In this document: piece after piece, positions 59,309 to 64,000 of the stretch
Layout: each line of letters opens with the position of its first letter
Position numbering within the stretch: the stretch's first letter is position 1
NCBI GenBank assembly: GCA_001001045.1
Contig: LCIL01000001.1
Coordinates: 442 to 64,441 of the forward strand
DNA length: 64,000 bases
Direction of reading: 5' to 3'
Source: Candidatus Woesebacteria bacterium GW2011_GWA1_44_23
GTDB lineage: Bacteria > Patescibacteriota > Microgenomatia > UBA8517
The notes under the pieces: generated by a model
What the model was told of the DNA's origin: nothing
Database searches by the model: none
The model's input: the letters and a program-made list of their open reading frames with translations, nothing else
Position numbers and translations under genes: made by a program

Positions 59309-59701
59309 ATGACAAAGATGTTTTCAAATTATTCCATGGGGGACTTTTTAATAAGGATTAAAAATGCCGCAATGGCCGGAAATAAATCTTTGGAATATAG
59401 AGCCGAGAAGCAAATTGTGGCTATGGCGGATGCTCTTAAAAAACTGGGTTTTTTGGATACCGTCAAAAAGGAAAAAGGAATTCTTTCTGCCACCCTGGCT
59501 TTCAAAAACAAAAAGCCGGTAATAATGAACATCAAACTTATCTCAAAACCAGGCCTAAGAATTTACATGGGGGCTGACGAAATTGGCAAGAAAAAAGGCC
59601 CATCAACTTACCTTATCACATCGCCAAAAGGAATTATTTCATCCAAAGATGCCGTAAAAGCAAGGACCGGCGGGGAAGTGATTGCCGAAATTTGGTCATA
59701 A
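59309..59701 (+). CDS. rpsH: 30S ribosomal protein S8
   Basis: DFLIRIKNAAMAGNKSLEYRAEKQIV. Confidence 0.9.
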   Translation: MTKMFSNYSMGDFLIRIKNAAMAGNKSLEYRAEKQIVAMADALKKLGFLDTVKKEKGILSATLAFKNKKPVIMNIKLISKPGLRIYMGADEIGKKKGPSTYLITSPKGIISSKDAVKARTGGEVIAEIWS

Positions 59702-59724
59702 GGAAAAATAGACACAGTATTACC

Positions 59725-60279
59725 ATGAGCAAGATAGGAAGACAACCGATTTTAATACCAGTAGGAGTTACAGTAGAGGTCAGTGGACATACTGTAAAAG
59801 TTGTTGGTCCCAAAGGAACTCTGGAGAAACATTTTCCCCCGGAGATCAATGTGGAAGTTAAAGATGGAGAAGTTATAGTCACCGCAAAGGGATCTGTCAA
59901 ATATATCGCCTCTTTGTACGGCACAACGAGGGCTTTAATTAACAACGATGTTAAAGGAGTATCCGAGGGTTGGTTTAAAAAACTTGAGCTGGTCGGGACG
60001 GGCTTTAAAGCGGAGGTTATAGGCAAAACAATTTCATTGACCGTAGGGTATAATCATCCCGTCAAGGTTGAAGCCCCCGAAGGCATCAGTTTCAAGGTTG
60101 AAAAGACAATAGTTACTGTTGAAGGAATTAATAAGGAAGTCGTGGGGCAGGTTGCCGCAATCATCCGCGGCGTCAGGCCACCTGAACCTTATAAAGGCAA
60201 AGGAATAAAATATGTAGACGAAGTTATAAGAAGAAAAGCTGGTAAAGCAGCCGCTGCAAAAGCCGGCCCGGCAGCCTAA
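59725..60279 (+). CDS. rplF: 50S ribosomal protein L6
   Basis: MSKIGRQPILIPVGVTVEVSGHTVKVVGPKGTLEK. In-frame ATG at 59725. Confidence 0.9.
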   Translation: MSKIGRQPILIPVGVTVEVSGHTVKVVGPKGTLEKHFPPEINVEVKDGEVIVTAKGSVKYIASLYGTTRALINNDVKGVSEGWFKKLELVGTGFKAEVIGKTISLTVGYNHPVKVEAPEGISFKVEKTIVTVEGINKEVVGQVAAIIRGVRPPEPYKGKGIKYVDEVIRRKAGKAAAAKAGPAA

Positions 60280-60286
60280 TATTCAT

Positions 60287-60646
60287 ATGAGAAGCAAAGA
60301 AATAAAAGCTAAAAGATACATGCAAAGGAAAAGGAGAGTCAGGGCTAAAGTTGTCGGAAGCGCAAAGCGTCCGAGACTTTCAGTTTTCCGTTCCAATACC
60401 CATATTTATGGCCAGATCATAAATGATGAGGAAGGAAAAACCTTATTGTCTTTTTCGGATATTAAGATTAAAAAAGTGGCTAAGGTAACCAAAACTATGG
60501 TAGCGGGGCAAGTTGGGGAGGAGTTGGCCAAAAAAGCCCTGGCCAAAAAGATCAAAGCCGTAGTTTTTGACAGAAACGGATTTATGTATCACGGCAGAGT
60601 CAAAGCTCTTGCCGAAGGAGCAAGAAAAGGAGGATTGGTTTTTTAA
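60287..60646 (+). CDS. rplR: 50S ribosomal protein L18
   Basis: RPRLSVFRSNTHIYGQIINDEEGKTLLSFS...VVFDRNGFMYHGRVKALAEGARKGGL. Confidence 0.9.
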   Translation: MRSKEIKAKRYMQRKRRVRAKVVGSAKRPRLSVFRSNTHIYGQIINDEEGKTLLSFSDIKIKKVAKVTKTMVAGQVGEELAKKALAKKIKAVVFDRNGFMYHGRVKALAEGARKGGLVF

Positions 60647-60661
60647 AGACCAAATATAAAC

Positions 60662-61153
60662 ATGGGTTTTAGCAGAAACAGAAACACAAATTTTGAAGGC
60701 CCGCCGAAAGAGTTTGAGGAAACGGTGGTCCAAATTAACAGGATCAGCAAAAAAACAAAAGGAGGAAATCAGATAAGATTTTCCGCCCTTGTTGTTGTCG
60801 GGGACCGAAAGGGCAAAGTCGGAGTGGGCATCGCCAAAGCAACGGACGTGCGAAGCGCCATCAGAAAATCAATTGAAGCGGCAAAGAGGAAAATGGTTAT
60901 CGTTCCGCTTACGGGTACGACTATCCCCTATTCCGTAAACGAAAAATTCTCGGCGGCAAAAATATTACTTAAACCTGCTCCTCCCGGAAGCGGAATTATT
61001 GCCGGAGGACCCATGAGAGTGGTTTTGGAAGCTGCGGGTATTCGTGACGCAGTCGGAAAGATTTTAGGAACAAAAAACAAAATTTCCAATGTTTATGCAA
61101 CCTTGAAAGCACTTGAAACAATTTCGGGAATAGTTGAGGCAAGGAGAAAATAA
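60662..61153 (+). CDS. rpsE: 30S ribosomal protein S5
   Basis: VVQINRISKKTKGGNQIRFSALVVVGD...GIIAGGPMRVVLEAAGI. Confidence 0.95.
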   Translation: MGFSRNRNTNFEGPPKEFEETVVQINRISKKTKGGNQIRFSALVVVGDRKGKVGVGIAKATDVRSAIRKSIEAAKRKMVIVPLTGTTIPYSVNEKFSAAKILLKPAPPGSGIIAGGPMRVVLEAAGIRDAVGKILGTKNKISNVYATLKALETISGIVEARRK

Positions 61154-61154
61154 T

Positions 61155-61607
61155 ATGACGCAGTTACCCAAAGTTATAGCTAAATCAAAAAAGAGGTTGG
61201 GTCGCGGGATGGGAAGCGGCAAGGGAAGCCATACCTCAAGCCGTGGGCAAAAAGGTCAGAAAAGCCGCGGCAAAGTAAATGTTCTTTTTGAAGGAATGAA
61301 AGTGAAGAAGTCTCTTTTGAAAAGACTTCCCAAAATGCGCGGAAAAGGGAAATTCCACGTCAATACCAAACCGATCGCGATAAAATACGAGCGGCTTGAA
61401 GCTTTGCCAGCAGGAAGCGTGATCACAACTGAACTATTGGTTAAACATGGGATTTTGAAAGAAAGATTGGCCAAACTTCACGGAGTTAAAATTATCGGAA
61501 TCGGCGACAACAAAAAGAAGTTTAAGTTCTCTGTCTCCACCTCCAAAAAATCAGTTGTCAAAGTTTCTGAGAAAGTTGCAGAAAAACCAGTTAAAGCTTC
61601 AAAATAA
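61155..61607 (+). CDS. rplO: 50S ribosomal protein L15
   Basis: MTQLPKVIAKSKKRLGRGMGSGKGSHTSSRGQKGQKSR. In-frame ATG at 61155. No L30 gene precedes it. Confidence 0.9.
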   Translation: MTQLPKVIAKSKKRLGRGMGSGKGSHTSSRGQKGQKSRGKVNVLFEGMKVKKSLLKRLPKMRGKGKFHVNTKPIAIKYERLEALPAGSVITTELLVKHGILKERLAKLHGVKIIGIGDNKKKFKFSVSTSKKSVVKVSEKVAEKPVKASK

Positions 61608-61650
61608 CTTTCTAGAAACTTCCTCAAAATGTTTTTGATATACTTCGGTT

Positions 61651-62091
61651 ATGGCAAACGAAAGGTTTACCCTTAGAGCCGCGGTTTATCTCATTTTGAT
61701 AAAAGACGGGAGTGCTCTTCTTTCCAGAAGATACAATACCGGTTGGATGGATGGGAAATATAGTCTTATTGCGGGGCATTTGGACGGGAAAGAAAAAGTT
61801 TCGGATTCGATGATACGGGAAGCTTTCGAGGAAGCTGGAATCAAAGTCGCGAAGGAGGACTTAAAGCCCGTAAAAGTGCTTCACAGAAATTCCGGTGATC
61901 AGGAATATATGGACTTCTTTTTTCTGGCTGAAAAATGGGAAGGGGAACCGCAGGTTAAGGAACCGGACAAATGTGATGATATGAGTTGGTTCCCGATTGA
62001 CAGTCTTCCGGAAAATACCCTGCCCTATATCAAAAATGTAATTGAAAATTACAAAGACGGCGTTCCCTTTATCGAATCAGATTGGGATTAA
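61651..62091 (+). CDS. Nudix hydrolase
   Basis: Nudix box GHLDGKEKVSDSMIREAFEEAGIKV (Gx5Ex7REUxEExGU). Inserted between rplO and secY. Confidence 0.75.
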   Translation: MANERFTLRAAVYLILIKDGSALLSRRYNTGWMDGKYSLIAGHLDGKEKVSDSMIREAFEEAGIKVAKEDLKPVKVLHRNSGDQEYMDFFFLAEKWEGEPQVKEPDKCDDMSWFPIDSLPENTLPYIKNVIENYKDGVPFIESDWD

Positions 62092-62137
62092 CTCCTCTGT
62101 TTTTAGGATCAGGTTTGGGATATAATTGACCAATATT

Positions 62138-63421
62138 ATGCTTAAGTCGGTAGTACATTTTTTTTCAAAAGTAGTCAAAACTCCTTCCCTAAGGAAAAAA
62201 ATCCTTGTTACGGCCGTTGTCCTCGTTGTTTTTAGGTTGGCGGGGCACATTCCCGCGTCCGGAATCGATAAATCCTCGCTTGCAGCGCTTTTTGCCGGAA
62301 GCCCGCTTCTTTCCCTTCTCGACATTTTTTCGGGAGGCACGTTAGCCAACTTTTCTATTCTGGCTTTAGGCCTAAACCCTTATATCAACGCCTCCATTAT
62401 TTTCCAACTTTTGGGTTATGTTGTTCCTGCAATTGAGGAACTACAAAAAGAGGGAGAGTACGGGCAGGAAAAAATCAATCAGTACACCAGGCTTCTGACA
62501 GTTCCTCTGGCTGCTCTGCAGGCCTTCGGAATGTATGCGCTTCTCAAGGGACAAAAAGTTATTACCACTCTTGACCCGCTCCAGCTTTTGGCTTTGGTCA
62601 TAACAATGACGGCCGGAACAATTTTTGCTGTTTGGCTGGGGGAACTCATTAGCGAATACGGTTTTAAAGACGGAATATCTCTCCTGATTTTTACCGGAAT
62701 TGTGGCAAGACTTCCGGTTACTCTCGGCCAGTCCGCCAGCATTTTCCAATCCCAAGATATCTTTAAAATAATATTATTCGTAGTGATTTCCGTTGTTGTT
62801 GTAGGCCTTGTTATTTTTGTAAGCGAGGCAGCCCGGCAAATTCCAATCCACTATGCCAAGCGCCGTACCGAAAGCGGCCTTGGAGCTTCATCTTATCTTC
62901 CTCTCAGGCTAAATCAGGCGGGGGTTATCCCAATCATTTTCGCCGTATCCCTGGTTCTTATGCCGTCCATGCTGGGGCAGTTTCTGGCAAATGTCCCCAA
63001 CGCCGGAGTCGCCAATTTCGCCAGAACGATAAGCACGGCCTTTAACCCACAATCAGTGATTTATAACGTCATCTATTTCCTTTTGGTCTTCGGATTCACT
63101 TATTTTTATACCGCGGTTGTGTTTAATCCGGAAAAAGTAGCCGAAAATTTGCAAAAAGGAGGTGGATTTATTCCCGGTATCAGGCCCGGTAAAGAAACCG
63201 AAAAATATCTCGGACATGTTCTTTCACGCCTGACGGTTGTGGGCGGAGCTTTTCTGGGACTTGTTGCCGTTCTTCCTTCCCTTTTTCAAAATTCTTTGGG
63301 TGCTACAAACCTTGCAATTGGGGGCACCAGCGTTTTAATCCTTGTATCTGTTGCCTTGCAGCTTATCCGTGAGATGGAGGGAGAGCTTGTAATGGAGAAA
63401 TACGGAGGATTTACGAAGTGA
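62138..63421 (+). CDS. secY: Preprotein translocase subunit SecY
   Basis: 10 TM segments with SecY-type sequence (VFRLAGHIPASGID, GISLLIFTGIVARLP). The ORF opens at 62126; M5 at 62138 is preferred. Confidence 0.95.
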   Translation: MLKSVVHFFSKVVKTPSLRKKILVTAVVLVVFRLAGHIPASGIDKSSLAALFAGSPLLSLLDIFSGGTLANFSILALGLNPYINASIIFQLLGYVVPAIEELQKEGEYGQEKINQYTRLLTVPLAALQAFGMYALLKGQKVITTLDPLQLLALVITMTAGTIFAVWLGELISEYGFKDGISLLIFTGIVARLPVTLGQSASIFQSQDIFKIILFVVISVVVVGLVIFVSEAARQIPIHYAKRRTESGLGASSYLPLRLNQAGVIPIIFAVSLVLMPSMLGQFLANVPNAGVANFARTISTAFNPQSVIYNVIYFLLVFGFTYFYTAVVFNPEKVAENLQKGGGFIPGIRPGKETEKYLGHVLSRLTVVGGAFLGLVAVLPSLFQNSLGATNLAIGGTSVLILVSVALQLIREMEGELVMEKYGGFTK

Positions 63422-64000
63422 ATATTCTTCTGATCGGTCCGCAAGGTTCGGGCAAGGGGACCCAAGCGAGGCTTCTTTGCGACAGATTCCATTTTTCGTA
63501 TTTCGAAGCCGGTGCATTTTTGAGAAAGATGGCTGAAAAAAATGAAGACCTCAGAACATATTTGGCGGGAGGCAATCTTGTTCCCGGTCAGGAGATGTCT
63601 TCGTACGTTACCACATACCTGGACGAAAACGGGTTATACGACAATATTTTGTTTGACGGGTTTCCCAGAACCCTTGAACAATACGAGGCGTTTAAAGGAT
63701 GGATGGAAAATAAAAAAGTGAATTTAAGTTTGGTGATGCTATTAACCATAAGTGAAACCGAGACGGTCCGGAGGCTTTCCGCAAGAAGGCAGGATCCGGC
63801 AACCGGCAAAATTTACAATCTCATTACCGATAAACCGCCGGCGGGAGTAGACGTGTCGGCTTTAATTCAAAGGGAGGACGATAAGCCGGAGGCGATTAAA
63901 AAAAGACTTTCTCTTTATAAAGAGCAAACCGAACCCATGATTGCCGAGCTTAAGAAAGTAACCGAAGTTATCGAGGTTAATGGGGAGCGCCCGATTGATG
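63418..64000 (+). CDS. adk: Adenylate kinase, 5' part (continues beyond window end)
   Basis: GTG start overlapping the secY stop (GTGA). MNILLIGPQGSGKGTQA P-loop. LID region (RRQDPATGKIYNL). No stop before 64000. Confidence 0.85.
   Translation, partial: MNILLIGPQGSGKGTQARLLCDRFHFSYFEAGAFLRKMAEKNEDLRTYLAGGNLVPGQEMSSYVTTYLDENGLYDNILFDGFPRTLEQYEAFKGWMENKKVNLSLVMLLTISETETVRRLSARRQDPATGKIYNLITDKPPAGVDVSALIQREDDKPEAIKKRLSLYKEQTEPMIAELKKVTEVIEVNGERPID

Noticed and set aside
62092-62137. Promoter upstream of secY (GATATAAT)
   Set aside because: A -10-like hexamer is present but no convincing -35 within 16-18 nt. secY is more likely co-transcribed from upstream, so not annotated.
1-64000. CRISPR arrays, IS elements, transposases, integrases, prophage genes, rRNA or tRNA genes
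   Set aside because: No regularly spaced direct repeats, no terminal inverted repeats flanking a transposase-like ORF, no recombinase or phage structural signatures, and no rRNA or tRNA-like conserved blocks were seen. The only tandem repeat is the in-frame 51-nt unit in pnp.

Overview
This is a bacterial chromosomal window with low GC, tightly packed genes and sigma70-like promoters. It contains mostly core housekeeping genes, interspersed with a cell-surface, glycosylation and sortase accessory set. Gene content and organisation suggest a small-genome lineage, possibly from the Candidate Phyla Radiation (Patescibacteria); this is inference only.

Main blocks, in order:
- 1-8.1 kb: GT-C/PMT-like membrane glycosyltransferases and a minus-strand operon of secreted Cys-rich or Thr/Pro-rich surface proteins. 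Two of these carry a C-terminal LPVSG sorting signal. They are followed by pilO and pilN.
- 8.1-16.5 kb: rpsT, murJ, and an hrcA-grpE-dnaK-(small ORF)-dnaJ operon preceded by a CIRCE element. The dnaJ lacks the zinc finger.
- 15.3-25.8 kb: nusA, a short infB, rpsO, pnp with an RGG/GGF-repeat tail, an orphan Lon AAA+ module with no protease domain, a metallophosphoesterase, a family-4 UDG and RNase J.
- 25.8-29.5 kb: two paralogous ArnT/PMT-like GT-C genes flanking a pentapeptide-repeat/collagen-like secreted protein. One GT-C gene is broken at an A8 homopolymer.
- 29.5-39.2 kb: ftsK, a RodZ-like gene, alaS, a large membrane protein with a degenerate FtsA/PilM-like actin fold, a sortase, ruvX and mltG.
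- 39.3-64.0 kb: rpoB, rpoC, rpsL, rpsG, fusA, tuf, then an S10-spc ribosomal cluster running rpsJ through rplO, secY and a partial adk.

Anomalies in the ribosomal cluster: rpsJ carries an apparent frameshift. An epimerase and a membrane protein are inserted between rpsJ and rplC. rpsS carries an internal deletion of about 61 nt. L30 is absent. A Nudix gene sits between rplO and secY.

A 56-60 nt promoter-plus-leader element is duplicated upstream of the pentapeptide gene and of ftsK.

No rRNA, tRNA, CRISPR array or obvious mobile element was recognised.
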